Positions 33,832 to 44,462 of a DNA stretch of 64,000 nt are shown here, piece after piece. Each line of letters opens with the position of its first letter. The first letter of the stretch is position 1. The stretch comes from Bacillota bacterium (GTDB lineage Bacteria; Bacillota; Ch66; Ch109), in NCBI GenBank assembly GCA_050952625.1, contig JBMNLH010000004.1:32001-96000 (forward strand). Reading direction: 5' to 3'. Position numbers and translations under genes: made by a program. Under the pieces are notes generated by a model, which saw only the letters and a program-made list of their open reading frames with translations, searched no databases and had not been told where the DNA came from.

Positions 33832-34935
33832 CTAAGCCTGCGGCTTGATGATTTGCCCGCGGCAGGCCCGACGCAAGCGGTCCATAATCGCCAGACCCAG
33901 GCCGTGTTCTGGAAAACCTTCCACTAGAAAGACGTCAACATCGACCAAGTCACATTCGCGTAATGTTTTAAATAAATAGAGAGCCAGGTCAGCCAAGTCA
34001 TGGCGGCTGCCCATGACTTGTAAGTAATCGGGTGGCGGACTGGCTTCTTTATATAGGGGATAGCTTTCCAGGCTGGCTAAAACCCCCACCTTAGCTCCGT
34101 TGGTCCGCAGTTGTTCCATGGTTTTTAAGATTTGCCCTCGAATGTCTTCGATTTCCCCTTCTACCAATATCAACGGTTTCTCCGGCGCGTAATGTCCGTA
34201 TTGCATCCCGGGTGAAGGTGCAGCCGCTGACTCAGGGGCTGACGCAGGGACAGTTTCGGCGGCCGAGGCTGAACCGAGGCGAACCTCTGGCAGCACAGCC
34301 TGCAATTGTTCCTGGGTAATTCCGCCCGGCCGCAGGATAGTCGGGACCGCTTTGGTCAGATCGAGGACGGTGGACTCAACTCCCAGGCCAACTGGGCCTC
34401 CGTCCAGGATTAATTCGATCCGGCCGACTAAATCCTCCATGACATGGCTGGCCTCAGTAGGACTGGGCCTGCCGGAACGATTGGCACTGGGAGCCGCGAT
34501 CGGTACCCCAGCGGCACGAATCAAGGCCTCGGCTACCGGATGCTTGGGCCAGCGGATGGCCACGGTTTCCAAGCCAGCCGTAACCTCCAGGGGGACCTGG
34601 GGATGCCGGGGCAGGACCAGGGTGAGCGGTCCCGGCCAAAACCGTTCGCCGAGGAGACGAGCCACCTCACTAATCTCGGTGGTTAAAGATTCCAGACTGG
34701 CCCAGTCGGCAATATGCACGATTAAGGGGTTATCTACGGGACGTCCCTTAGCTAAATATATCTGCTGCACCGCTTCCGGATCAAGGGCATTCGCCCCTAG
34801 TCCGTAAACTGTCTCCGTGGGAAAGGCGACCAGTCCGCCCTCCCGAATAAGCAGACTGGCTCGTTCAAGATACTCTGCCTGTGGCTCGATAGGATTGACT
34901 ATTAGATAATCCGTAATCGCTGTTCTACGAAGCAT
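33832..34935 (-). CDS. sua5: Threonylcarbamoyl-AMP synthase (Sua5)
   Basis: AFPTETVYGLGA, KGRPVDNPLIVH, APSANRSG, PSPGMQYGHYAP. Confidence 0.96.
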   Translation of the reverse strand: MLRRTAITDYLIVNPIEPQAEYLERASLLIREGGLVAFPTETVYGLGANALDPEAVQQIYLAKGRPVDNPLIVHIADWASLESLTTEISEVARLLGERFWPGPLTLVLPRHPQVPLEVTAGLETVAIRWPKHPVAEALIRAAGVPIAAPSANRSGRPSPTEASHVMEDLVGRIELILDGGPVGLGVESTVLDLTKAVPTILRPGGITQEQLQAVLPEVRLGSASAAETVPASAPESAAAPSPGMQYGHYAPEKPLILVEGEIEDIRGQILKTMEQLRTNGAKVGVLASLESYPLYKEASPPPDYLQVMGSRHDLADLALYLFKTLRECDLVDVDVFLVEGFPEHGLGLAIMDRLRRACRGQIIKPQA

Positions 34936-35118
34936 ATTATTTCTCCTTTGGGACAGGGGGACAGGTTAACTGTCCCGGCTGATTATAGATGCTGATTATA
35001 AATCAGGAAATATTTGTGTTTTGGGGTTAGTCAGCCGGCTAAACTAGAGTCGAAATAATAAGGCATAGCTGTTAACGACAACTCCACTCCTCACACTCCA
35101 CGCCTTACGTCTTACGTT

Positions 35119-36213
35119 TTACACCTTACGCCTCACGAACTTTAAAGCCCGTTTCCGGGACAGTGAACCAGTCCCGGTGTCTCGGAGAGGAGTGCGGGCC
35201 AAAACCACCCGATCTCGACCGGCGTAGTCTGGTCTAAGCTCGACTTTTTCCCAACCCTCGCTAAATAATTTTCGGGCTGACCGGCCCTGGTCGTGAGCAA
35301 TCTCCAAGAGCAGGTATCCCCCGGGCTTAAGATACTCAAGAGCCTGCGGCACCAAACGTCGGTAATACATTAAGCCGTCTCGTCCCCCGTCCAGGGCGAT
35401 GATTGGTTCTTGAAGCACCTCTTTCATCAAGTGGGGCAGTTGGTCGGAGGGGATGTACGGCAGGTTAGCGGTAATTAAATCAATCTGACCTTTCATTTGC
35501 GGCATTTCAGCCAGGGGTGCCAGCAGGTCCCCTTCGTAAAAGGCAACCCGGCTGCTGACTTCATGCCGACCGGCATTGCGCGCTGCAACTTCTAAAGCCT
35601 TAGCTGATATATCCAGGCCGATTACCTTGGCCTGCGGCAGGAACCGGGCCAGGGCGATCGCGATGTTGCCGCTGCCGGTCCCGACATCAATCAATAATAA
35701 CTTTTGGGGTTCTAGCGATCCCAGTTCATTCGGCCTCCTAGGTATTGTTAACCCGCCTTCTCTTAGTCTTCCCCCTTGGTCTAATTCTTCTTCCAATGCC
35801 AATTCAGCCGGCTGCGGTTCATTCAACCTCTCGGCATTGGTGAACCCGGCTTTATCCTGCGGTGAGTAACCGAATAACTCCAGCGCGGTCTCGACCAGGA
35901 CTTCGGTATCCGGCCGTGGGATCAACACCTGCCGGTTAACCTCAAAGGTCAAGGACATAAATTCCTTTTCACCCAACAGGTAGGCTGTGGGGGTACCCTC
36001 AATCCGACGCTTGATCAATTCCCGGTACCGGGCAAGTTCCACTGGCTGCATGGGCTGGTCCAAATTCATATAGACCTGGACCCGGGTTTGGTCAAGGGCC
36101 CGGCCTAAGAGAACCTCTGCCTCCAGGCGCGGATTGTCCAAATGATGCTTAGCGAAATACTGGGCGGTCCAAGTGAGACATTTACTGATCGTCCAGTCAT
36201 TAGCTTGTGCCAC
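35119..36213 (-). CDS. prmC: Release factor glutamine methyltransferase with ~50-aa insertion
   Basis: LIPRPDTE, DVGTGSG, ANLPYI, ALDGGRDG. Confidence 0.95.
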   Translation of the reverse strand: MAQANDWTISKCLTWTAQYFAKHHLDNPRLEAEVLLGRALDQTRVQVYMNLDQPMQPVELARYRELIKRRIEGTPTAYLLGEKEFMSLTFEVNRQVLIPRPDTEVLVETALELFGYSPQDKAGFTNAERLNEPQPAELALEEELDQGGRLREGGLTIPRRPNELGSLEPQKLLLIDVGTGSGNIAIALARFLPQAKVIGLDISAKALEVAARNAGRHEVSSRVAFYEGDLLAPLAEMPQMKGQIDLITANLPYIPSDQLPHLMKEVLQEPIIALDGGRDGLMYYRRLVPQALEYLKPGGYLLLEIAHDQGRSARKLFSEGWEKVELRPDYAGRDRVVLARTPLRDTGTGSLSRKRALKFVRRKV

Positions 36214-36247
36214 CTTATCTCTGCCTTTCTGAGAGTATATTACGTTC

Positions 36248-36410
36248 GTGTTTTAACTCCGTCAGCAGGCTAGACTGGGAAGGAACTCGTCGGCCTCGGG
36301 CAGGCATCAAACTCGCCCTGCGGGCTCAGACAGTGATACCGGCTAAGCCTCGGCCGCCTCCGTTCTTTGTTGTCAATTGCCAATGGCTGACCGGCGTTAA
36401 AGCACTTCGC
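36248..36410 (+). repeat. Family C long-hairpin element (solo copy)
   Basis: gtgttttaactccgtcagc...aaactcgccctgcgggctcagaca...gctgaccggcgttaaagcac. Confidence 0.85.
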
Positions 36411-36470
36411 AATTATAATTTCATTTATTTTCAGATAGTACTGCTTATAGTACCGCTTAGCGCGTAAGGT

Positions 36471-37538
36471 CTACTCTGTGTTTTTCAGTTGCTCAGCCTG
36501 GGCGTTGGTAATCAAAGAATCGATGAACTCATCTAGTTCTCCGTTAAGGATCTGATCCAATTTGTATAGGGTGAGGTTGATTCGGTGGTCGCTCACCCGG
36601 CCCTGGGGGTAATTATAGGTTCGAATCCGTTCACTCCGGTCACCGGTGCCAACTTGGCTGCGCCGGGCACTGGCCAGCTCCCCCTGCTGTTCCTCCTGGG
36701 CCCGGTCTAGCAGGCGCGCCCGCAACACGCGCAAGGCTTTATCTTTATTCTTGTGCTGGGACTTCTCATCCTGGCAGCTAACCACAATTCCCGTTGCCAG
36801 GTGAGTAATCCGAACAGCGGATTGGGTGGTGTTAACTGACTGTCCCCCGGGGCCGCTGGAACAGAAAATATCGATTCGGATGTCGTTTGGGTTGATCTCA
36901 ACTTCGACCTCTTCCGCTTCCGGCAGCACGGCGACCGTTGAGGCCGAGGTATGAATCCGACCGCTGGCCTCAGTTGCCGGCACCCGCTGCACCCGATGTA
37001 CGCCGCTTTCAAATTTTAATCGACTGTAAGCCCCTTGCCCTTCCACCAAAAAAATAACTTCCTTAAAGCCGCCTATGTCCGTGGGGTTGCCGCTTAATAC
37101 CTCAATTCGCCAGCCGCGGTTTTCCGCATAGCGGGAGTACATGCGGAAAAGATCGCCGGCAAAAAGGGCCGCTTCTTCGCCGCCGGTACCAGCCCGAATC
37201 TCCATGATAACGTTTTTCTCATCATTGGGGTCTTTGGGCAGAAGGAGAATCTTCAACTGCTGCTCAATTTCGGCGCGTTGTTTTTCCAATTCCCGGGCTT
37301 CCTCTTCCGCCATCTCGCGTAAGTCAGCATCTATTTTATCGCGCAACAGGGCTCGAGCATCTTCCAGATCATTAACAATTGTTTTGTATTGCCGGTATAC
37401 TTCTACCACATCGGTTAGCCCGGCGTGCGCCCGGGCATACTTTTGAAACTCACTCTGATTGGCGATCACCGCTGGGTCACTTAATAACTCGGTTAATTCT
37501 TCATAACGTTCTTCAAGACTATCTAATTTCGAAAACAA
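36471..37538 (-). CDS. prfA: Peptide chain release factor 1
   Basis: [17 protein letters not shown] (PxT motif); TTG start 37538. Confidence 0.98.
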   Translation of the reverse strand: MFSKLDSLEERYEELTELLSDPAVIANQSEFQKYARAHAGLTDVVEVYRQYKTIVNDLEDARALLRDKIDADLREMAEEEARELEKQRAEIEQQLKILLLPKDPNDEKNVIMEIRAGTGGEEAALFAGDLFRMYSRYAENRGWRIEVLSGNPTDIGGFKEVIFLVEGQGAYSRLKFESGVHRVQRVPATEASGRIHTSASTVAVLPEAEEVEVEINPNDIRIDIFCSSGPGGQSVNTTQSAVRITHLATGIVVSCQDEKSQHKNKDKALRVLRARLLDRAQEEQQGELASARRSQVGTGDRSERIRTYNYPQGRVSDHRINLTLYKLDQILNGELDEFIDSLITNAQAEQLKNTE

Positions 37539-37696
37539 AAATATCACCCCCACATAGATTCGGTTACGTTTTAACGTCCAACAACTAACATCTAAAGTAA
37601 ACGTTAATAACGTTAATATTGAAACAGCAGACGCGAAAGGTAAGAAGAGGTGTCCTGCGGTCCTAACAACCACTTTCAAGTTTCAGCTAGCGTTTA

Positions 37697-37772
37697 ACAC
37701 CTAACACCTAACACCTAACGCCTAACGCCTAATGTCTAACGCCTCACCCATTACGCCGAACGGCTAACGCAC
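37697..37772. repeat. Degenerate heptamer repeat (cctaacR)
   Basis: Read directly; just downstream of the DUF1385 stop. Confidence 0.85.
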
Positions 37773-37774
37773 CG

Positions 37775-38737
37775 CTAGGCCGGGCTGGCCACTGCCTGAG
37801 GTTGCTCCGACTGCCGGGAACGTTCCTCGATCTCCAGCACCTTTTGTAAAGCGATAATCGCTACTTCCAGTTGCTGGTCATCTGGTTCCCGAGTGGTCAG
37901 TTTTTGCAGCCAAAGGCCCGGGGCAATGACTATTCTGCCCAACAATGATTTTGGCCAACGCGCGACCAGTTTAATTATTTCATAACCCAGGCCGGCTACC
38001 AGCGGCAGCAGGACAATTCGAGAGGAAATCCGCCACAGGACCGACCCTTCCCCGAGAAAAGAAAAGACCAGGATACTGACCACCATAACAATCAAGAGAA
38101 AGGCGGTCCCGCATCGGGGATGTAAAGTACTGTGCCGGCGCGCATTCTCAACGGTCAGTTCTTCACCGGCCTCATAGGTGAAGATAACCTTATGCTCGGC
38201 CCCATGATACTCAAAAACCCGCTGGATATCTTCCATCCGGGCTACGGCCCAAACATAGCCCAGGAAAATAGCAATCCGAATGATCCCTTCTATTAAATTC
38301 TGGACCGCGACGCTTTCGACGAAGCCTCGCATAAAGTGGACCGCTCCGGTCGGAATTACCACAAATAGGCCGACCCCCAGGATGAGGGCAATAATCATCG
38401 TAATCGTTATCTCGGTCGGGGTAATCTCTTCCCCTTCTGCTTCGGCAGCCTGATTGGCGGAAAAATTCAAAGCCCGGATACCCATTACCATGGTTTCAAT
38501 CAAGACAATAAAGCCACGAATGACTGGCCAGCGCAAAAAACTAATTCGTTCGACCACTGAGCTCAGCTTTTCTTCCTCAATAATAATACTGGAATCGGGC
38601 CGGCGTACCGCAATCGCCAGGTCCCGTTTACCCCGCATGACTACTCCCTCAATCACAGCCTGGCCGCCGTAGTGACAGGGCTGGTCAATGACTGGTCGGC
38701 TGCTCGGGTCTTTCGCCTCCATACTACTGTTTAGCAC
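37775..38737 (-). CDS. DUF1385 membrane protein
   Basis: GGQAVIEGV, FEYHGAEHK, HPRCGT, LTTREPD. Confidence 0.93.
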   Translation of the reverse strand: MLNSSMEAKDPSSRPVIDQPCHYGGQAVIEGVVMRGKRDLAIAVRRPDSSIIIEEEKLSSVVERISFLRWPVIRGFIVLIETMVMGIRALNFSANQAAEAEGEEITPTEITITMIIALILGVGLFVVIPTGAVHFMRGFVESVAVQNLIEGIIRIAIFLGYVWAVARMEDIQRVFEYHGAEHKVIFTYEAGEELTVENARRHSTLHPRCGTAFLLIVMVVSILVFSFLGEGSVLWRISSRIVLLPLVAGLGYEIIKLVARWPKSLLGRIVIAPGLWLQKLTTREPDDQQLEVAIIALQKVLEIEERSRQSEQPQAVASPA

Positions 38738-38860
38738 AACAACCCTCCCATACCGTTCCTATCTGATGAACATTTTTTATGGGCAATTGTTTCCCACACA
38801 GCATCTGATATAGAAAAACAGCAGAGCACTAAGGCTCTGCCGAAAGAATAACCGAAAAAT

Positions 38861-39064
38861 TTACTTAAGTCCATACCTCTTTTTAAACCGATCAACCCTT
38901 CCTCCGACATCCACTATTCTTTGTCGATTACCCGTAAAGAAAGGATGGCATTGAGAACAAACTTCAACCCGCAGGTCCTTACGGGTAGAACCGGTCTCGA
39001 ACTGAGCACCACAGGCACAAGTAACGGTTGTCTGGTGGTACTGCGGATGAATCTTAGGCTTCAT
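38861..39064 (-). CDS. rpmE: 50S ribosomal protein L31 (Zn-type)
   Basis: [19 protein letters not shown]. Confidence 0.98.
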   Translation of the reverse strand: MKPKIHPQYHQTTVTCACGAQFETGSTRKDLRVEVCSQCHPFFTGNRQRIVDVGGRVDRFKKRYGLK

Positions 39065-39164
39065 TCACCCTCACCTCACTTCGCCAGGGTCTACTTTTTA
39101 TCCTGCTTCAACCCTAGTTATTCTATTGCCAATTAAGCGTCTTTATAGTTAATCAGCAACGCTT

Positions 39165-39193
39165 ATTATATCACACCAATTCCTGGCGGGCAA
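39165..39193 (-). promoter_or_regulatory. sigmaA promoter of rpmE
   Basis: TTGCCC-17nt-TATAAT with extended TG. Confidence 0.7.
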
Positions 39194-39232
39194 GGGAGGG
39201 GCGGGGACTTTAAAAGCATTTTTTCATTCCTG

Positions 39233-40987
39233 CTATAAAGCCTGCCTGAGCTGGTGCCGTTCTTCGTGTACCACCTGAACCAGGGTATCCCGATTTAAGT
39301 TATCGACAACATAAAGGGTCCCGTTTCCCTTCCGAGCCAGTTCGCCTAAGAAGTCACGATTCGAGCGAACCCCGATGCAGGTTAGCCGGACCTTGGCTTT
39401 GGTCACTTTCTCAGCTGCTTTCAGGGCATCCTCTTTCGAGTCGAACGTCCACAGCGGGTAGGTGGGCATACCATCCGTGATCAAGATCAGCAGCGGGTTA
39501 CGAACCCGGCTGGCTTCAATCAATTCCAGACTCTTCATGATTCCGCTGGCTAATGGAGTCATGCCCTCCGGCACGACCGACCGGAGGCCGGCCACTAAAC
39601 GACGGTGGTTGCGGGTAAAGGGCACCACGATCCGCGCCTCCATCTCCTGAAACGTAACGACCGCCACCTTTTCCCGCAGGGTTAACAGCAAGTGTTCGGC
39701 TAACTTCCAGGCCGCCTGACTCTTCTCCCCAGCCATACTGGCACTGCAGTCAACCAGGAGACAAACATCCATGGGAATAAATGATTTTTTGCCGTAAACC
39801 CGGATATCGTCTGGGGTGATCGTTACTCGCTTCTGCCCACCCAGCATACTGCGGGTGGCTCCCTGCAAAATGGTTTCCGGAACCGCAATGGCGTTGGAGG
39901 CATTTTCCCAGTCTCGGGGCATGATCTTATGCAGGTTTAAAACATCCTGTTCCCGACACTTCAGCTGCGAGCTGTTGGTTCGCTGGTAGCGCCGGTTTTT
40001 ACCTGGGATCCGGCGCAGAATTTTCCGCAGTTCTGCTTCTAATTCTCGCCGGTTTAACATTAACTCCTGCCTCAACTCTTTGCCCTGGTCAGTCAGGCTG
40101 TATCCAAGCAGCCCCTTTTTCGCCAGACCCAGATTGGCCATCTGCTCGGCTAATTGATCCAGATCCTGATGCCGTTTCTTGATCGAACGGGGAGCCAGCC
40201 GCTGAAAAACATTCCCCCGCATGGTATCCATAAATTCTTCCACATCATCAATGCTGCCCAGACGCTGCGCTAACTCCAGCAGCAGGTGTTTTTGATTCTG
40301 CAGATGAATTATTTCGTCTCCCGGCCGACGTCGGCCAAAGAAGGGCAGCATCAGGCCCAACTCTTGCTGCTTGGCTTTACCGTACCCATTAAGGACCCCG
40401 GCAATCTTCCGGATACTATGCCCCTGTTCCAGGATCGCTGATTCTACAGCATCTATCAAACTAAAGGTCAAGGCGTACCACTCTTCCGGGAGTTCCATCA
40501 GGAGGTGAACATGATCACGGAGGTTCTCCGGTACTTCTTTAAACTCATCATAGCCTTGCCGGATCAAACGCGCCACACCTCCCTGGTTTTCCGCGGTCGC
40601 CAGATAAATCCGATTCGCGACCTCTCCAGGCTGAGTCAGCCGGTCCTCTGCCTTGCGGATCATTAGTTCAGGTCCTTGTTCATCCAGGAAGGCGTCAATC
40701 GCGGCCCAGATTTTACGCGCAATTGGAAGGGCAGCAATTTCGGCTGGATCGTGATAAACATCAAGATGGACGACTTGGTCTGGTTCTGTTAGCCCGGAAA
40801 AGGTCTTGCCCGCGTCCTGCTCTACAAAAACCTGAATCCGCCTTGGATCACGCGGGTACGGTTGGTGAACCCGCCGGCTGACTACCGCACTCTCGCCGAC
40901 CCGCACCCCTTGATTTCGGCCAAAAAACAACCGGAGGTTATTTCCCAGGGCAATCCGTCGGGATGCCAGAAGATTTTCATTAGCCAT
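39233..40987 (-). CDS. VWA-domain protein (ChlD/BchD C-terminal-like)
   Basis: MIDAS DCSAS, GMTPLA, LITDG; no ATPase domain. Confidence 0.8.
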   Translation of the reverse strand: MANENLLASRRIALGNNLRLFFGRNQGVRVGESAVVSRRVHQPYPRDPRRIQVFVEQDAGKTFSGLTEPDQVVHLDVYHDPAEIAALPIARKIWAAIDAFLDEQGPELMIRKAEDRLTQPGEVANRIYLATAENQGGVARLIRQGYDEFKEVPENLRDHVHLLMELPEEWYALTFSLIDAVESAILEQGHSIRKIAGVLNGYGKAKQQELGLMLPFFGRRRPGDEIIHLQNQKHLLLELAQRLGSIDDVEEFMDTMRGNVFQRLAPRSIKKRHQDLDQLAEQMANLGLAKKGLLGYSLTDQGKELRQELMLNRRELEAELRKILRRIPGKNRRYQRTNSSQLKCREQDVLNLHKIMPRDWENASNAIAVPETILQGATRSMLGGQKRVTITPDDIRVYGKKSFIPMDVCLLVDCSASMAGEKSQAAWKLAEHLLLTLREKVAVVTFQEMEARIVVPFTRNHRRLVAGLRSVVPEGMTPLASGIMKSLELIEASRVRNPLLILITDGMPTYPLWTFDSKEDALKAAEKVTKAKVRLTCIGVRSNRDFLGELARKGNGTLYVVDNLNRDTLVQVVHEERHQLRQAL

Positions 40988-41010
40988 ATTAACACCGCCC
41001 TTCCTTTATT

Positions 41011-41212
41011 GGTCGTTAGTCGTTGGTCGTTGGTCGTTGGTCGTTGGTCGTTAGTGGTTGGTCGTTAGTCGTTTAGTCGTTGGTCGTTAGTCGTTGGTCG
41101 TTGGTCGTTGGTCGTTGGTCGTTAGTCGTTGGTCGTTAGTCGTTAGTCGTTGGTCGTTAGTCGTTGGTCGTTGGTGCTGCGTTGGTCGTTAGGTGCTAGG
41201 TATTAGGTGTTT
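41011..41212. repeat. Heptamer tandem repeat (gtcgttR, >20 units)
   Basis: Read directly. Confidence 0.95.
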
Positions 41213-41394
41213 GGTTTTTGGTGATAACAAGAAGCACTCGTCCTGCTATCGTCAATTGCTGATCTTCGTTTAAACACTGCACGATCAATTCTTTAGATTC
41301 TGATGGTGCTGTTCGGCGGCCTAGGGGGCAACTCAGGAAGCAGGAAAAGCGTCCCCAGTTCCATGCGGCCTCCTCGCCTTCTAGCCATGTTTCT

Positions 41395-42126
41395 TTAGCG
41401 AAATAGCGGCAGAACCAGCAGGAAAAAGGTGGTTAAGGCCAACAGCAGAAAGATAAACGTGGGAAAAATAATCTTGACCAGAGGAAGGGCCAGACTCAGG
41501 CCCCCGCCTAAACGATCGAGCGGGTTTTCCTCTTCCAAGAGCAACAGTTCCTCTAAGTCCGGCGAAACTTGATTGATGTCTTGATTGATGTTTTGATTGA
41601 CATTTTGCTCTACGGCAGTCTCTTCGGTTTTCAAGGCGGCTGCTTGCTCAGCGTCAGCTCCCTTTTCCCTGGCCTTTTTAGCCGGGACAAACCGGTAAAG
41701 CCGGCCTTCCTTTTTCTTGGTCTGACCTGTTGCCTGAAACTGGCCTCTCCGGCGTCGTTTTTCTCGCTGAAGCTGAATCTCATCTATTTGGGCCATGAGT
41801 TCGTTCGGTTTAAAAGGTTTATCCAAGTAATTATCACAGCGGTTGCGCAAGGCCTCGATCACCAAAGATTTATCGCCGAAAGCGGTCATCAAAATTACTG
41901 GAATATCGCCATAGCGTTCGCGGATGGTTTTAACCAGGGACATGCCATTCATCTCTGGCATAAAGTAGTCGGTGATGACCAAGGTTGAATCATCACGGTG
42001 CTCCTCCAGGTAGGCCAGGGCTTCCTCGCCGCTCGTGGCCATATGGACTTGATGACCATGAATCCTAATCCCTCGCCTAATCGTCTCTAATTGGAGTTCC
42101 TCATCGTCAACTATCAAGATGTTCAT
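41395..42126 (-). CDS. Response regulator receiver with linker and C-terminal hydrophobic segment
   Basis: ILIVDDE, ITDYFMP, MTAFG, KPF; C-terminal IIFPTFIFLLLALTTFFLLVLPL. Confidence 0.85.
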   Translation of the reverse strand: MNILIVDDEELQLETIRRGIRIHGHQVHMATSGEEALAYLEEHRDDSTLVITDYFMPEMNGMSLVKTIRERYGDIPVILMTAFGDKSLVIEALRNRCDNYLDKPFKPNELMAQIDEIQLQREKRRRRGQFQATGQTKKKEGRLYRFVPAKKAREKGADAEQAAALKTEETAVEQNVNQNINQDINQVSPDLEELLLLEEENPLDRLGGGLSLALPLVKIIFPTFIFLLLALTTFFLLVLPLFR

Positions 42127-42237
42127 GGCCAACTCCCCTTTCGTTAATTTTTCCATTGATTCCCTTTCGTTTGCCAATATTTAAACAACTTCCAGAAATA
42201 ATGCTTTGCCGATTTGAGTTATTTGGCATAGAATTTA

Positions 42238-42253
42238 AGCAAGACTCGTGCCA
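42238..42253 (-). promoter_or_regulatory. sigma54 (-24/-12) promoter
   Basis: Minus strand TGGCACGAGTCTTGCT, an exact match to TGGCACG-N4-TTGCW. Confidence 0.8.
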
Positions 42254-42481
42254 GGCTTTAACCCCTGCCGGGACAAACGATGGAACCCGCTCCCTAATTT
42301 ATTAGGCTGCCGATTTGATATACCGGGTTAATCAAACCCTTGAAAAACAAAGGGAAAATTGCGCCCTACCATTTTGGCATAGTTTCAAAATGATAGTCTG
42401 CTCAAGAAAGGATAAGCAGGAAATAAATAATTTTAGTCGAATAAATATCTTTAGAGTAATTCGAGGACGGAAGGTGAGAAG

Positions 42482-44398
42482 ATGAGCCAAGTCTTCCCCG
42501 GTCATGATGCTAGTCAAAGCCTGCCGCCCAGTCAGGGGGTAGCCCCGGATAAGAAATTGCAGGGAATCCTGGAAAACGCGATTGTGCCCATTATTGCCAT
42601 TGGACTGGATGGGCATTTAATTGAGGCTAACCCGGCTTTCTTAAAGCTTCTGGGCTGCCAGCCGGAGGACCTGCCGACCCTGAATATTCGCGCGCTCTCT
42701 TTGCCGGAGGACCCGAATATGTTTGATCGACTAATTGCCGGCGAAATTGATTCATACGTCGTTGAAAAACACTATCGGCGCATGGACGGCCAAACTGTCG
42801 ATGTCATGGTTTCCGCTTCCGCCCTGAAAGATTCGAAAGGCAACCTGCATTCGGCGGTGGTGGTTATTCAAGACATGTCCAACTATAAGGCCCTGGAACG
42901 TAAACTAGTCGAAGAAAAGCAGACTTTTGAAAGCATGCTGCGCAACTTGCCGGTCGGGGTGTACTATGTTCGGGATGGGCAGATTGCCTACACTAACCCG
43001 GCCTTCTGTCAAATTTTCGGCTATACTGAATCAGAAATTATCGGTCGTTCACCGGATATTCTGTTTGGCCAGGACAACCAGGTCCGGATTGTCCAAAATT
43101 TTCCCCGCTTACTCCGTAAAAAAGAAAAGAAGCTGCATGCCGAATTAGAAGCCCGTAACAAACAGGGTGAACCGGTTTATATTGAATCAATTACCACCAC
43201 TGGCTATATCGATAACCAAGACTGTTTAATCGGAATCGTGAATGACGTCACCGCTCGCAAGCAATTAGAGGCCAGATACCGTCTGCTTTTTGAGGCAGCA
43301 AATGATATTTTTCTGGTCCTTGACCCGGTAACCCTGCGGATCCTGGATGTCAATCCTAAAGGGCTTGAGGTGTATGGCTACTCCCGCAAGGAAATGCTGA
43401 GGATGACGATTAGGGATATTACCCTGCCGGCCTCAACAACTGCCAAAGCGGAAGACGTGGAACCGGAGGAATTTTGCTGGCCGGTGGGGGTTTATCCGCG
43501 GACTCAGGTCCGCAAAAACGGTGAACAGATCCCGGTCGAAGTAAGCTCGGCCTTGACCGATTGGCAGGGTCGGAAGGCAATAATGAGTATTATCCGCGAC
43601 GTGACGGAACAGCGTCGGCTGCAGCAGCAGCTAATGCAGGCTGATAAGTTAGCCTCGCTGGGCAGCTTAGTGGCCGGAATTGCCCATGAAATTAATAACC
43701 CGAATAACTTTATCACTTTTAATATCCCTATTCTGGAAGATTATTGGAAGGAAGCCTTCCCCATCCTGGATGCCTATGCCGCCAAGTATCCGGGGTGGCA
43801 GGTCCTGGGTATGCCATATGAGGAATTCCGCGCTGATGTCCTAAAACTGCTCAATAATATGGAACATGGCTCGGACCGGATAAACGCGATTGTCGCCGAA
43901 TTACGGGACTTCGCCCGTATTCAGAAAGATGAGTTCCGAGCCGCGGTTGATATTCAAAAACTGGTTGACCGGGTAATTACCTTGACTGGCAAACAGGTCA
44001 GCAAGCTGGTCACTTCCTACCGGGTCGAACTAGCGGAGAACCTGCCGGAGATTGTGGTCAACCCGGCGCGAATTGAGCAAGTTCTGATTAATCTAATCTT
44101 GAATGCAGCCCAGGCGGCAGATAAAGAAAATTCTTTCGTTTTCTTAAGGGTTAAGAAGGATCCGGCCAACGCCGGCCGAATTATATTCGAGGTTGAGGAT
44201 AATGGTTGCGGCATGGATGAAGCAGTTCGTTCCCGCATTTTTGATCCCTTCTTTACAACCAAGGAAGGGGTTGAGGGAACTGGCTTGGGTCTGTCGATTT
44301 CCTATGCGATTATTCAGGACCACGGCGGATCAATCAGTGTGGAAAGCACGCCGGGTAAAGGTACCACCGTCAGGGTGGCCTTGCCAACCGGAACATAG
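42482..44398 (+). CDS. Cytoplasmic triple-PAS histidine kinase (NtrB-like)
   Basis: Three PAS/PAC domains, AHEINNP, NLILNA, DNGCG, PFFTTK, GTGLGL. Confidence 0.93.
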   Translation: MSQVFPGHDASQSLPPSQGVAPDKKLQGILENAIVPIIAIGLDGHLIEANPAFLKLLGCQPEDLPTLNIRALSLPEDPNMFDRLIAGEIDSYVVEKHYRRMDGQTVDVMVSASALKDSKGNLHSAVVVIQDMSNYKALERKLVEEKQTFESMLRNLPVGVYYVRDGQIAYTNPAFCQIFGYTESEIIGRSPDILFGQDNQVRIVQNFPRLLRKKEKKLHAELEARNKQGEPVYIESITTTGYIDNQDCLIGIVNDVTARKQLEARYRLLFEAANDIFLVLDPVTLRILDVNPKGLEVYGYSRKEMLRMTIRDITLPASTTAKAEDVEPEEFCWPVGVYPRTQVRKNGEQIPVEVSSALTDWQGRKAIMSIIRDVTEQRRLQQQLMQADKLASLGSLVAGIAHEINNPNNFITFNIPILEDYWKEAFPILDAYAAKYPGWQVLGMPYEEFRADVLKLLNNMEHGSDRINAIVAELRDFARIQKDEFRAAVDIQKLVDRVITLTGKQVSKLVTSYRVELAENLPEIVVNPARIEQVLINLILNAAQAADKENSFVFLRVKKDPANAGRIIFEVEDNGCGMDEAVRSRIFDPFFTTKEGVEGTGLGLSISYAIIQDHGGSISVESTPGKGTTVRVALPTGT

Positions 44399-44462
44399 GG
44401 ACACGGGCATAAAATTAAATTGTATTTGAAATTTAGACATAATTTAAAGGGGAGCGCAACGT

